From Vicugna vicugna (taxonomy: Eukaryota), in NCBI GenBank assembly GCA_013265495.1, contig MU061527.1, positions 434,001-498,000 of the forward strand: DNA of 64,000 nt, read 5' to 3'. Positions 12,666 to 24,600 of this stretch are shown in pieces. Each line of letters opens with the position of its first letter. Position 1 is the stretch's first letter. Under the pieces are notes generated by a model that was given only the letters and a program-made list of their open reading frames with translations, ran no database searches and had not been told where the DNA came from. The position numbers were made by a program, and so were the translations under genes.

Positions 12666-14073
12666 TGACAGATGCTTGGGACCCCAGAGTGGTGGGAAAG
12701 GGGCCCTAAAACTCTCGCCCTTTTCTTGAGGGTTCCTGGTGGCTCCAAAGTTTATTTCGCCTCCCCACTCCTCCTCATCCCCTCCAAGGTTGGCCACAGC
12801 CCGACCAAAACACAGAATGGGAACTCCCCCCTTCCCCTCCCAGACTCTTAAGTGAAAATTTGAGCAGTCTCACGACTTAGCGTGTGCGAGAGTGCAGAAC
12901 CCAGGGGAGAGCAGTGAGGTGGTGTATACGTGTGTGTACGTGTATTGGTGAGCGTGTGTGCGTGCTGGGGGTGGACTCTAGAGGCTCCAGACCCTTGAGG
13001 AATCCGGATCTCCAGCTCAATCATTCTGATCTTGGGATTTCGATAGCTCCCTATCTTCCTGGGAGATTTCCCCTGAGGCAGAACTCCTAGGACCAGTTTG
13101 CACTCCCTGCCCCCTGGCGTGTCCTTCACTCTCCCTCCCTGAGGGCCGGAGTGAGGAGGTGGTGCTGGAGGTGCCTCTGCCCCTTTGCTGCGGGAACTGG
13201 CTGTGGCCGGGCTGGGTTTGTCCAAGAATCTGGCCGCAAAGCAGATGCCGTGGCTGGTGTGGGCTCCTGCTGTCCACACCTCCTTCCAGTCCCTTTAAGC
13301 CGGGGGAGAGGAAGATTTTAAAAACTTCTACTCCTGAGTCCAGAAACCACATTCTCTTGCCCTTATAGACTGACGATTTAGTTTGAACTAAATGGGGGGA
13401 AACGTCCTGGGTGGCACAACGCGAAGACAGCTCTGGGCTTGGCCCTGCCGCGGCCAGCGCCTCCCTCAGTCCCACCTCGGCCCGTTTTGCTCAGACCAGC
13501 TAGCTTGCCTTTGATTAGTCCTTTCTCCCAGATTTGTTTTACGTTCTATCTGAATTCCAGATGGTCTTTTAACAACAACAAAACAAAAACCACCACCGCC
13601 AGCAACAGACCAAGGGCACTTCGTCTACTTAGCCTAAAAACGAAAGGGCTTACTATTTATTTCGTTTCAAAGAGCAGCAACGTAGATCCCAGTCCAGGGC
13701 CTCAGCGGAAGGCAGGGAGGTCGGGGAGAAAGAAGGAAGTGACCCTGGACGGCCAGAGGGACGGACGGACGGACAGGCGGGCGGACGGAGGGAGAGCAGA
13801 AAGACGGAGCAGGGGTGGGGGCCCAGGACGGGAAGCAGACTCGGGAGATGCAGATGCTGCTGGTGAGAAAGGCTGGGGACGAGAGGAGAGGGGCTAGAAA
13901 GGGAGCCGATCCTCTGGCCCAGCCGGCTCGAGCCAGTGACTCCTGCCCCCGCCCTGCCGCCATCGGCAAAGTTTGCTGTAAATACCCTTTCCTGGCCGTG
14001 CTGAGAACCCCTGGGGCCCTGGCCCCACTCCTCCCTCCGGCCTCGTTTCCCTTCCTTCTAGAGAAGGTCTTGA

Positions 14074-14460
<387 letters not shown>

Positions 14461-14679
14461 TAAGTTAGGGAAAGACCTTCCAATGCAGGGGGTTTGTTAC
14501 TTAAAGTCTTTCATCATTAGAATCACTGGGATGTCAGCTGAGGTTGCCCTTCTCTTAGGCTAGAGTTTTTCTGATCGGGTGTCCCCTCTGCGGCCCACCA
14601 GGTGCCCTCAGGGGTCCCCGAAGCTGAGCGTCCGGGGGCCCGGCTCCTGTCCCCTGGCCTCTGTGCAACTCCTTTTAAA

Positions 14680-14915
14680 AATAGGGCCATGAAGTAATTT
14701 TCCCTGTGGCTGAGGGCTGCTCTCACTGGCTTCCCAGCACACAATCTCCCCACGCTTATTTAAATAAAACACACCAACCACCAAAAAAACCTGCTCTTTA
14801 TTATTTTTCCATGGAGTCACCTATACTGTGTATTTTCATTTGAGTGATTTAAAAAAATGCCCTTTCGGATCTCCTGCCGGAGTTTCCTATCCGGACATCT
14901 GCAGGCTGAAGATAA
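14680..14915. promoter_or_regulatory. GATA2 intron-4 '+9.5' haematopoietic/endothelial enhancer (5' part)
   Basis: CATCTG (14896-14901), 8-bp spacer, AGATAA (14910-14915): the established E-box-N8-GATA composite; upstream TTTCCT ETS-like site and a perfect palindrome TTATTTAAATAA at 14756-14767. Confidence 0.9.
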
Positions 14916-15105
14916 NNNNNNNNNNNNNNNNNNNNNNNNNNNNNNNNNNNNNNNNNNNNNNNNNNNNNNNNNNNNNNNNNNNNNNNNNNNNNNNNNNNNN
15001 NNNNNNNNNNNNNNNNNNNNNNNNNNNNNNNNNNNNNNNNNNNNNNNNNNNNNNNNNNNNNNNNNNNNNNNNNNNNNNNNNNNNNNNNNNNNNNNNNNNN
15101 NNNNN
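14916..15105. other. N-run (190 nt) covering the 3' half of the +9.5 enhancer
   Basis: N begins at the base immediately after AGATAA. Confidence 0.9.
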
Positions 15106-15574
15106 TTTGGGGGCCCCCTTTTTTTCTCCTGGAGCGAGGGCGGGTGGCGGCCGGCCGGAGGATGCGGGGTTGGCCCCTGAGTCAGAATTCCAGCTTCAGG
15201 CCGCTTACTCACCCTCACCCCTCCCCGCCCCCCTGGCTGCAGCCAGGCAGGCCCCTCTGCAGCCAGGCTCGGGCCTGGGGCCATTCCAGCCTCTGTTGGC
15301 CTCGGCCCCCACCCCCACCCCGGCTGCCCGCGGTTCCCTGGGAAGTGTTGTGGGGCTGGGCTGCTGGACCCGGGAGCCAGAGTCTGCTTTCCTGGGTAAA
15401 GACCCCTTTACCTGGCCTCTCAGGCGCCTTTGGCTCCCTTCTCCAGAAACCAGACACTCTTTCCAGGTCCCCTCTGCCCTGAGGGTCTGGGGGGCAGTTA
15501 GAGTGCTGAGGTTTGGGGTACAGGGTGCTGGGCAAATAGGCCAGTATTGTCCAGAAAACCTGCAGTGCTGGAAA

Positions 15575-15752
15575 TTTTCTAGCTCCGCCTGGCTCACTAG
15601 GGTTGCCTCTAGCTCGTGTTGTGACTGTTGACCCCTTGAAACGTGGTTGGTGCCATTGAAGGAGTTGAGTTTCCAATTTTATTAAATTGTAGTTCAATTC
15701 AACTGAAATAGCCACATGGCCAGTGGCTACCGAACTGCACAGAGCTGCTCTA
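15575..15752. mobile_element. MER3-like hAT-Charlie MITE
   Basis: CTTGAAACGTGG...AATTTTATT...AAATAGCCACATGGCCAGTGGCTACCG resembles the recalled MER3 consensus. Confidence 0.75.
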
Positions 15753-16229
15753 GGCTCCCAGAGCGCTTCACGCTCCCGCCTCCGGCAGCTACATGGTGCC
15801 CCTCCTCTGGCCTCGGGGAGGCAGACGAGCCCAGCCTTATGGATTTTGTGGGAACGCAGCTCCAGACCCAAGTGTCCTGTGGGAACCAGCCAGCCTTCTG
15901 AACTGAAGAGCCCTTCTCAGGGTCTCAGTTTCCCTATCTGAAACGTTAGCTTTTTTGGCAGTTGCAGGAGGTGGCCAGTGTTTGCTTCCAGCTCTTGAGA
16001 CCCCCTTGATTCTGCGATCAGACTCTAGAGAGTTCTTTATTCTAAAGCTCTGTGATGGCTTAGGTCTCAGATTCTAAAATTCCACTGCCCTGAGATGCCT
16101 TGATTCCCCTGTGACATTTGCCGCTCCCAGGCCACGTTGGTGGGGGCCAGGGGTGGAGCCAGGGTCAGGGAGGGAGGTCGCGGGGGGTCGTGGGAGCCCA
16201 GCCTGCTGACGCCACCCCTGCCCTCCCAG

Positions 16230-16355
16230 TCGGCTGCCAGGAGAGCGGGCACCTGTTGTGCGAATTGTCAGACTACAACCACCACCTTATGGCGCCGGAA
16301 CGCCAACGGGGACCCTGTCTGCAATGCCTGTGGCCTCTACTACAAGCTGCACAAT
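16230..16355 (+). CDS. GATA2: GATA2 coding exon 4 (exon 5), C-terminal zinc finger
   Basis: CCCAG|; [42 protein letters not shown]; |GTGAGT; 126 nt. Confidence 0.99.
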
Positions 16356-16739
16356 GTGAGTCTGCCCGCCCGGCCCTCCCCACCCTCCCCGGGGACCCCT
16401 GCGCTTTGTGCTGCCGGGAGAGGCCCCGCCAGTCTCCGGCGTGGCTTGGCTTGGGAAGCTGCTACACTTCCCATAAGAGGGGCAAGCTGGCCAGGCGGCC
16501 AGGAGGATGTGCCCCACCGCAGGGGCCAGCAGGGCGAGGGAGGTGGTACCTCTGCTTAAAGCCAGAGTGTTTGGTGGGTTGTGTCAGTGGGGGGCAGTGC
16601 TGGCGTTTGGTGGCCTGAATGCCCTACAGGGCGCGGCTCCGTCCCACAGGGCAGCAAGGCTGTGAGACACACCGGTGGATGGCGGGCATTTGGCGGTGGG
16701 GCTGGGAGTCTCACTCTGGGAAGGGAGCTCCACCCCTGA

Positions 16740-17060
<321 letters not shown>

Positions 17061-18434
17061 GGACGGCCCCCCTCGAACCGACAGACCACGCCGAGGAAGG
17101 CGCTCCCAGGACGGGTGGACCCAGCCTTAGCTTCCCGGCCTTGCAGCGCCGCCGGAGCCCCGGGCCACCTCGCCTGCCCATGGGCACTCCACTCCCTCGG
17201 CCGTCACTGTGAAGATTCCCGCGGGCTGGGAGGCCGCCTGGGCCTGGCTGCCACCCAGGTGGGGTTTCCACCACGGACAGATGTTTGGAGAGCAAAAAGG
17301 ACAACTTTATGAAGATAAAGGGAGGCGGCAAGGGACAAATGAAGAAAACTGTTTTCAGAAGAAAAGGGGAGCGGGCAGAAGTAATTTATTTTGCTCTTGT
17401 TTCCAGCAAGGCCTGGGAGACCTGGGAGGCCTGAGGTGCCCCGCGTTCTCGGGTCTTCCTTGGTGCCAAGTGCCACTTGGCTGGCCCGCTTGCCAGGCTC
17501 CGGGGGCAGGTCTGCAGGGACCTCAGCCCACCCTCTCCTCTGGCTCCCTCTCTGGAACAGCTGGTCCCAGGCCGGGCGGGGCCAGTCCAGGAGGGGCTGC
17601 CGGTCCAGCCCGGGAGGCCGAGCCGGTGCTGGCCAGGGAGGCAGGGCCCTGGAGGGCAGAGACAATCACAGGCGGTCCCGCGCAGATTCCCAGGCCAGGG
17701 CTGGGTCACAGGAAGGAAACATTTTCTTGAGGGGGGAAACATCTCCCAGATCGTTCCCCTGGCCCGGAGGCTGAAGCTGGTGTGACCTGTGTGCCCTTTT
17801 TGGGCTGAGCCACAGCCTGCCTTTTTGGCCAGGTAGACCCCTGTGTATATACGTCCTTTTTCTGATAACCCCTCAACCCCCTCCCCTCCAAATCTGAGAC
17901 AAAAGAAAAAATATTAAAAAAAAAACCTGCATAAGCTTAACTCGCTGATGAGTTAGTTTTATTTTTAAACTCTTTTTGGGTCCAGTCAGTTGTATGTCAC
18001 CATGAAAAGCCCTTGCTGTGGACAAACCAAGGCTGTAGCTTCACAATTATGTTTGGAGAAGTTCTTGGACCCCACAGCCCTGGGCTGAGGAGTGGGGGGC
18101 CAGGAGGGAGCAGGGGGGCCTCGGCTGCCCTTGGCTTCCAGTGGCCTGGCAGGTGGCGAAGGCAGGAGCTGGGGCTGCGTCAGAGCCAGGACCAGGACGG
18201 AGGGAGAGGCCACGCCCTGCCGGGTTCTGCTCTGCTCTGCAGTGGCTGTCTGGATCCTTCCCGAGGTACAGCTGTACATAACTGTGTCTGAGCTGGGAGT
18301 GTGTGCAGCGGCGGTGGGGTGCGGCGCCGGCGAGGGCCCGGCCGGGGAGCGGGCTGTGCTGACGCGGCCGGCCAAGTGCAATACGGGCAGGCGATCGCTG
18401 CCGGGCTCCGCAGCCAGAAGTAACTTATTTTGTA

Positions 18435-18574
18435 NNNNNNNNNNNNNNNNNNNNNNNNNNNNNNNNNNNNNNNNNNNNNNNNNNNNNNNNNNNNNNNNNN
18501 NNNNNNNNNNNNNNNNNNNNNNNNNNNNNNNNNNNNNNNNNNNNNNNNNNNNNNNNNNNNNNNNNNNNNNNNNN
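18435..18574. other. N-run (140 nt) in the distal GATA2 3' UTR
   Basis: Run of N between GTAACTTATTTTGTA and TCTTCCTATTCCTTTAAAGTG. Confidence 0.9.
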
Positions 18575-18610
18575 TCTTCCTATTCCTTTAAAGTGAATAC
18601 TGTTCAGAAT

Positions 18611-18616
18611 AATAAA
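18611..18616 (+). terminator. GATA2: GATA2 polyadenylation signal
   Basis: AATAAA followed by ATACTTTTTGTG, as in the recalled human mRNA end. Confidence 0.85.
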
Positions 18617-18949
18617 ATACTTTTTGTGGATGCCTCTGGCCTGTCTTGTGGGCGCCCGGGCTGCGGAGTCCTGGGTGCGGAGGTCAGCCAGCCAGACCAA
18701 TTCTCACCTGCTGATTGGGATGGAAGGGCCCCTGCCCGGCCCAGGTCTGAGAGCCTGATCATCCCCTCCCTGAACTGCTCCTCCCTGAATTTCCTTATTA
18801 CCACATAACCGGGGGTCCTGGGGGCTGGGTGGGTCCCGAGCAGGCACAGGAATGCTGTGATTTCTGCCGCCTTTAGTCCACATGCTGATCCTTTTCTAAG
18901 GACGCAACCTGAGCTCATGCAGAGCCCAGCAAGGACTGACCGCACCTCC

Positions 18950-20290
18950 CACTCCCGTCCTCTTCCTCCAGGTGTTGATCAGCTCTTGTGTCTGTCTCGT
19001 CACCAGTATTCCTGCTCACTGACAAGCCTGATCACCAGTGTCTTTGACCACTGGTGTCACCGACTGCTGTCAGCTGTAGTCAGCGGCGCTGGTCGTGGCG
19101 ATAGCCGTCATGACTGGCATTCCTGATTGATGAAGTGTTGGATCACCGGAGCCTGTGACCAGAGACTTCTGATTGCTAACAACTGGCCACCAACACGTGA
19201 TCACCGATACCTCATCAATGCCTCTGATCAGCGTGTATGTGATCACCGACATCTACAAAGTGTGAGCACTGGAGTCCCGAGGAACTGTCCTTGTCACCAG
19301 CAACATGAGTGGTTGTGAACATCTCCTCCCACCTGTTGCTCATCAGGTAGCTCTTCCCATTCAGTGTGTATTTCTATTCAGTGTGTCTGGTCCCCAGCAT
19401 CTCAGGTGACCACTGTCTGTCTCCCCAACACTTCTCTGCACCACGTCTGTGATCACAGGTTCCTCTTACCACCCGACTTCCCGTCACTGGTGCGTTGGTC
19501 ACAACTGCGCCCTGTCCCTCACGTCCCAGGTCATCCAGAAGCATAACCCCCAGTCTCGTTGATCAACAGTTTTCTAATCAGTGACAGATCTGGTTACTTA
19601 TCTGTGGCCTCCAGTGTCTCCAGTCACACTATTTCTCCTCACCAATGTCTTCCGAACAACGTCCTTGGTCATTCGTCTCCAATCACTAACATCTCTAACC
19701 AGCAATGCCCCATGTCCCTGAACACGGAATCTTCTTACCATCAAACTTTCTACCAACGTGGTCACCAGTGACTCTGGTTTCCAACAACCCCGACTGCTCA
19801 GCATCAGTCACCGAGCTCTCTAGGGCCCAGCGTCAGTGATGGCTGATCCATCTTGCCTTTCGAGTCCCTGATGACCAGTGTCCCTTATACCCCAATCACC
19901 AGTAGCACCAATCGCCAACCTCCCTGACCATCAAGGTCACCAGTCACTGTCTCTGATCACCAAATTCTCCAACCATCAATGCCTTTGATCCCGTAGATCA
20001 CACACCACCAAGATCTCTGGGTGTCTCTAGTCACCGAGTCTGATCACCAATATCTCCTCTGCCCTTGCTCATCAAGGACATGGCCCCAACACTCCTGGCA
20101 CCCACAGTCTCAGCCCCCCGCGTCCCTGGTCAGTGATTAACGACATATCCAGTCAGCGAACACTGGTCACCAAGATCTGTGATCACGTCATGTCTGAATG
20201 ACATCATCTCCCCACTGCTTTACTGTCCCTAATTACAAGTCACTCGAGTCATCTGTCCCTGATCAGACTGACTTCTTCTGGCCCTGATCC
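18950..20290 (+). repeat. Cryptic degenerate repeat rich in TGATCA(CC)/TGACCA/GTCACC
   Basis: Eleven exact TGATCA counted by hand between 18976 and 20265, plus many one-mismatch variants. Confidence 0.75.
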
Positions 20291-20689
20291 TCCTCCTCTC
20301 GGGTTCCCTGTGCTCGCGATGACGAGTATTTCTGACTGCCAGCCTCCTTGTTCCCTCGTGGCCCCGACACCCCCTGTCTGGGGAGCTCTCCTTTCACTCT
20401 TCTCATCCCAGACTGTTGGGGCAGACAAGGCGCTCACTCGGGGCTGGGAAGCAAGGGTCCTGTGCCAGCCGGCACGCCTTCCGTAAGGTCCCAGATGCCC
20501 CAGCGCATTGGGACAGAGAGGGGAGCATCCCTGGGACCCTGGCTCAGGGCGCCCTGGTCCTCGTGCTCCACAGCCACCCTGCCCACGTCCTCTCCGCGTG
20601 AAACAGGGACCTGGAGCAAGCAGGCTCCGACCCCGGTGTGTCCTGGGTGGGCACTGCCGGCCCGTCTGAGAGCAGAGTGGCCTCCTCCT

Positions 20690-20792
20690 AGGTGTTGAAC
20701 GCCTAGATGCCAGGCACTGTTCTGGGTGTGGAGGCCACGTGGTGCGCAAGACAAGCAGGAATCTCTGCTCTTGGGGGGCTTACGTTCAGAGC
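20690..20792 (-). mobile_element. L2 3'-end fragment
   Basis: TGCCAGGCACTGTTCTGGG...CAAGACAAGCAGGAATCTCTGCTCTTGGGGGGCTTAC resembles the reverse strand of the L2 3' end. Confidence 0.65.
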
Positions 20793-20859
20793 ACCGTGGC
20801 CGCTCTGCCAGTGGGCCTATTCGCCTGGCCCCAACACAGAGCCCAGGGCCAGGTCCCAG

Positions 20860-21195
20860 AGTCCACAGCTTACAGTCTACAATCTGCACTGCAATCTGAA
20901 CTGATTAGAGTTCCAGAACTCAGGAACCAGAGCCCAAAACAGAGCACAGAGCCTAATCCCCAAATCCAGAACATAGAGCTGGGAACTCAGAATCCAGAAC
21001 TTACATCCAAGAACTGGGTCCCTGAACCTGGACCTCAGAATTCAGATCTCATAATAGAGAGCCCTGAACTGGGTGTGGACCCCCAAATCTACAGCCTAGC
21101 TTGCAGCTCAGAACCCAGAACTTAGTACTGAGGACGTGGGCCCAGAGTCTAGAGTGGGGCTCGGGACCTCAGGCCAGAATCCAGAACCAGAGTCC
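20860..21195 (+). repeat. Degenerate 7-bp-period repeat (YCAGAAC)n
   Basis: CCAGAAC, TCAGAAT, CCAGAGC and CTGAAC units in tandem. Confidence 0.7.
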
Positions 21196-22204
21196 TCGTG
21201 GAAAAGGCTCTGTTTCTCTGTTACTCCCAGTGCTGTCTTCCATCCTGCCAACCAGTACTTATGGAGCGCCCAGTGCCTGGCAGTGGGGAGGGGCTGAGAA
21301 CCAGCCCGCTGGCCCCAGAGAAGCAGGTGAGCAGACCCCCTCTCCCTGCAAACTCAGGTCTGGGGTAGGTGCCTCCCAAAGTCTGTTGAACAGATCCATT
21401 CATTTCTGCCACACGGGTTTACCAGCCTGTGTGCTCTGGGCGTTCGGGTGGGGAATGAAACCCACAAGACCCTTGCTCGGGTGAATCTGCTGCCTGGACA
21501 CTTGCAGGGCAGGGGCTGCCTCTGACAAAGAGCTGGGAGGCCATGGTGTGGGGATGGGGCTGAGTGGGAAGGGGACTCCAGGAGCAGGGGCAGCCAGGAG
21601 CCTGGGCTCAAGTCCCAGCAAGTCACTTGGACCAGCAGAACCAGGCTGCAGCCCTGCTCCCACAACTTCTGTTCCCACCTCCGCTAAATAGCCTGCCCCT
21701 AACAATGACTCCACTGCCCAGTCATTGTGCTGGGAAACAGTTTCGATTTTGTGGCCTCAAAGCTCCCAGGCAGGGCGGGTGGGCCGTGCAGGGCGACGGT
21801 GCCTTTATGACTCTGCGGGCGGCGCCGGGGCGCCTGGGGTGGGTGGGCCTTTGTTCCATGTTTGCACCCAGTGGGGCTGGCCACAGGGCGCCCTCCCTTC
21901 CTCCTGTGGGGCTGATTTTCGGTGGGAAGACCCCAAACTCTTACAGAGAAGCTCTGTCCCCCCAGAGCCCCTCCCTCCTCCTGGTGACCCAGCACTGGAA
22001 AACAGCCGTCCAGTCCCCAGGGCCACAGAACAGACCCCCCACCCAGGGGACCAGGGCTCGGGAGGAATGACCACCATCCCCCTGACAGGACAAACTCACC
22101 TGAGGGGAAGGCAGACAAACAACAGGACTGTCCAGAGTGGAGGAGCTGGTCTCCTGAGCTAGCAGCGCCGGGAGGATCAGAAGTCCACTGGGTTTGTTTC
22201 GCTT

Positions 22205-23230
22205 TTAGGCAAAAAGATGAAAAGATTGCAGACTTTATCTGGAAAAACCAACAAGACCAGCAGAGCAAGTCAGAAAATTAGGGAAAATAAAGTGAGGGGT
22301 GTGCGTGTGTGTGTGTGTGTGTGTGTGTATCTGTGTAGAGCTTTCCAGTAGGAAACAAGATCCTGACAATCACTGCCGTTCAAACCTCAGGGCTGTGCCG
22401 TAGGAACATGCAGATCAATGGCTCAGACTCCAGTAAGCCAGAGGGAAACCCGACTGTTTACAAGAGAACGGATGATGAAGGAGGTACCGCAATCAACGCG
22501 GGGTGGAGGGGTGTCCAGTCGCATGGGGTGGGAGCAGCTAGCACCCCCTGCAGGAGTGCCCGCTCAGATCTAAGGCCAGCGGACGAGTTTTGTTTGGGCT
22601 GCATGATGTTTTACAAAAATATGAATGAGTTGCGGATGATTTTAAATTAGGAGATACACTTAAAAATAGGCAGAAGACCTGGCCCCAAGAGGACGGTCGC
22701 TGCAGGGCCCTTTCCCCTTCTCTCTCCTTGGGGAGCCCCGCCTCCTCTCTGCCTGGCTTCTCACGCCCAGGCCCAGCGGGGTCTCGGGGACACGGAGTTT
22801 GAGCCCTGACATTACACATATTCTATTACACATTCCAAGTTTAGCAAGGATTAGTTTTGAAACCATCCATTGCAACCCACCCAGCTGGGTCACCCAGGTT
22901 GGTTCCCCGACAGATAAATTGGCAGAGGAACACCGCAAACCTTGTGGTTAGGTTTGGCCTTTCTAGGAAAACAACAAGAAGAAAGGAAAAATTGCTGAAC
23001 ATGCAAGGGAAAATCTCCTGGATCAGGGAGGGATGGTGCTGTGGAAACGAGCCCTGAGCTAACAATTCCAGGACTCGAGTGCCGGGTACTCTTCCAAATA
23101 CCTTTTGCAAGAGGCTCTGACACAGAGATGTTCAGGACATCATTGTTTATAAAACCAAGAGATTGGCTACAATGTAAACGCTCAGAAGAACAGCATGGTG
23201 CGAATATACTCAAAAGGAATTAAAGGCAGG
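22205..23230 (+). mobile_element. Decayed L1M ORF2/3' fragments, interrupted by (TG)n at about 22298-22330
   Basis: ACTTTATCTGGAAAAACCAA..., CAGATCAATGG..., CTAACAATTCC...ATGTTCAGG resemble L1 ORF2 and 3' sequence; no intact ORF. Confidence 0.65.
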
Positions 23231-23244
23231 GGCTCAAGCAGATG

Positions 23245-23730
23245 CTTGCCAGTCTGTGTTCACAGCAGCACTATTCCCAGGAGCCAAAAGGTGGAAACAG
23301 CACAGGCGTCTACGAGTGGACAGGCGCGTAAAGAGAACGTGCTCTCTCTGTACGACAGACTCTTACCACCTCAAAAAGACGGGACCTCTGACACCTGCTG
23401 CTGCGCGAGCGGACCTTGAGGACACGGTGCTCCGTGGAAGGAGCCCGTGACAGACGAATACTATGAGATCCCACTTTTCTGAGGCCCCTGGAGGAGTCAG
23501 AGTCACAGAGACAGTAGGATGGTGGGGCCAGGGGCTGGGGAGGGGCTGGGGAGTTAGTGGTTGATGGGGACAGAGTTTCAGTTTGGAAAGAAGAGAAAGT
23601 TCTGGAGATGGTGACGATGGCTGCAGAGTAATGTGGATGTGCTTAGCGCCACTGACTGCACACTGAAAAATGGCAGAGATGGTCAGTTTTATGCTATGCG
23701 TATTTTACCACAATAAAACAACAACAAAAA
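23245..23730 (+). mobile_element. L1MB-like 3' end with A-rich tail
   Basis: TGTTCACAGCAGCACTATTC...AAAAGGTGGAAACA, GAGTTTCAGTTTGG...AAAGTTCTGGAGATGG, TATTTTACCACAATAAAA then A-rich tail. Confidence 0.85.
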
Positions 23731-23759
23731 AGAGGCGAGGGGACTACAGGATGTCCACT

Positions 23760-24600
23760 AGGAAGTCTTTAAAGGCATCCTGAAGGTCACGCTCTTAGGG
23801 CCGTGTCCCGGGACACAGGTGTGTAACATGGTGGCAACAGTAACTACAGCCCCGGCGGGAGAGAGTTTTCACCAAATGTTAACAAACGATGGCGTCTCTG
23901 TGATGGGTGAGATTTTCCCTTCTTCTCCTCATTTTCCAAGTACTCTGTAAAGAGGTTCGACGGCTTTAATGGTTAAAACAAATAGTGCTTAAAAATAACC
24001 ATTGCAAAATAGGAGAGAATTTTGCAATGATGAAAATATGCAAAAACTCAAAATACAAAGCATAATAAAAAGACCCCCCCCAACAAGAAGAGAGAAAGCC
24101 AGGCAAAGAACACACGGAGAGGTCCTTCCGAACAGAAACGTAAACAAGCAGGTGGTGAACGTTTGGCATTTGGACAGGAGCTCAGCCTCAGAGAATCAAA
24201 TACATGCAGATCAAACAAGGAGGTACCTTTTCACCGCTCCTCTTAGAAAAATGGAAAGGCCAGCCGATCGCAGAAACAGCCCCCGGCACGTGCCGTTTGC
24301 CGGAATGCTGATCGCAGTTCCGCGTGCTCTCTGGCCCAGCAATACCTCAGGTGCACCTCAGAGAAACACTAGAAATAAAAGCTAAATTCTAGGGTTTTTT
24401 TATAAAGCAAATTGCAGAACAATATATAAAGATGACTTTTTTGTTTTGAAAATATTTGTGTAGATGTAGAAAAAATCTGGGACGATCTATCTCTCATGAA
24501 CAATAGTTGTTAGTTCTGGGAAGCGTGACAGACCAGAGGGGCAGAGGGGGCACTTCCACTTTGTAAACGTGTGCTATTATTTTATTGTGTTATGCGTGTG
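23760..24600 (+). mobile_element. Old L1MC/ME fragments
   Basis: A-rich L1-like sequence (AAAGCAAATTGCAGAACAATAT, GATGTAGAAAAAATCTGG). Confidence 0.55.

Larger units (their letters stand above)
17061..18632 (+). other. GATA2: GATA2 3' UTR (end approximate)
   Basis: Runs from the stop codon to the AATAAA at 18611; contains 8-mer seed matches ACTGTGAA (miR-27, 17206-17213) and GTGCAATA (miR-25/92/363, 18376-18383). Confidence 0.8.

Noticed and set aside
18950-21195. CRISPR-like or repeat-spacer array interpretation of the cryptic repeats
   Set aside because: Units are short, degenerate and irregularly spaced, with no constant repeat/unique spacer structure and no cas genes; the context is mammalian.
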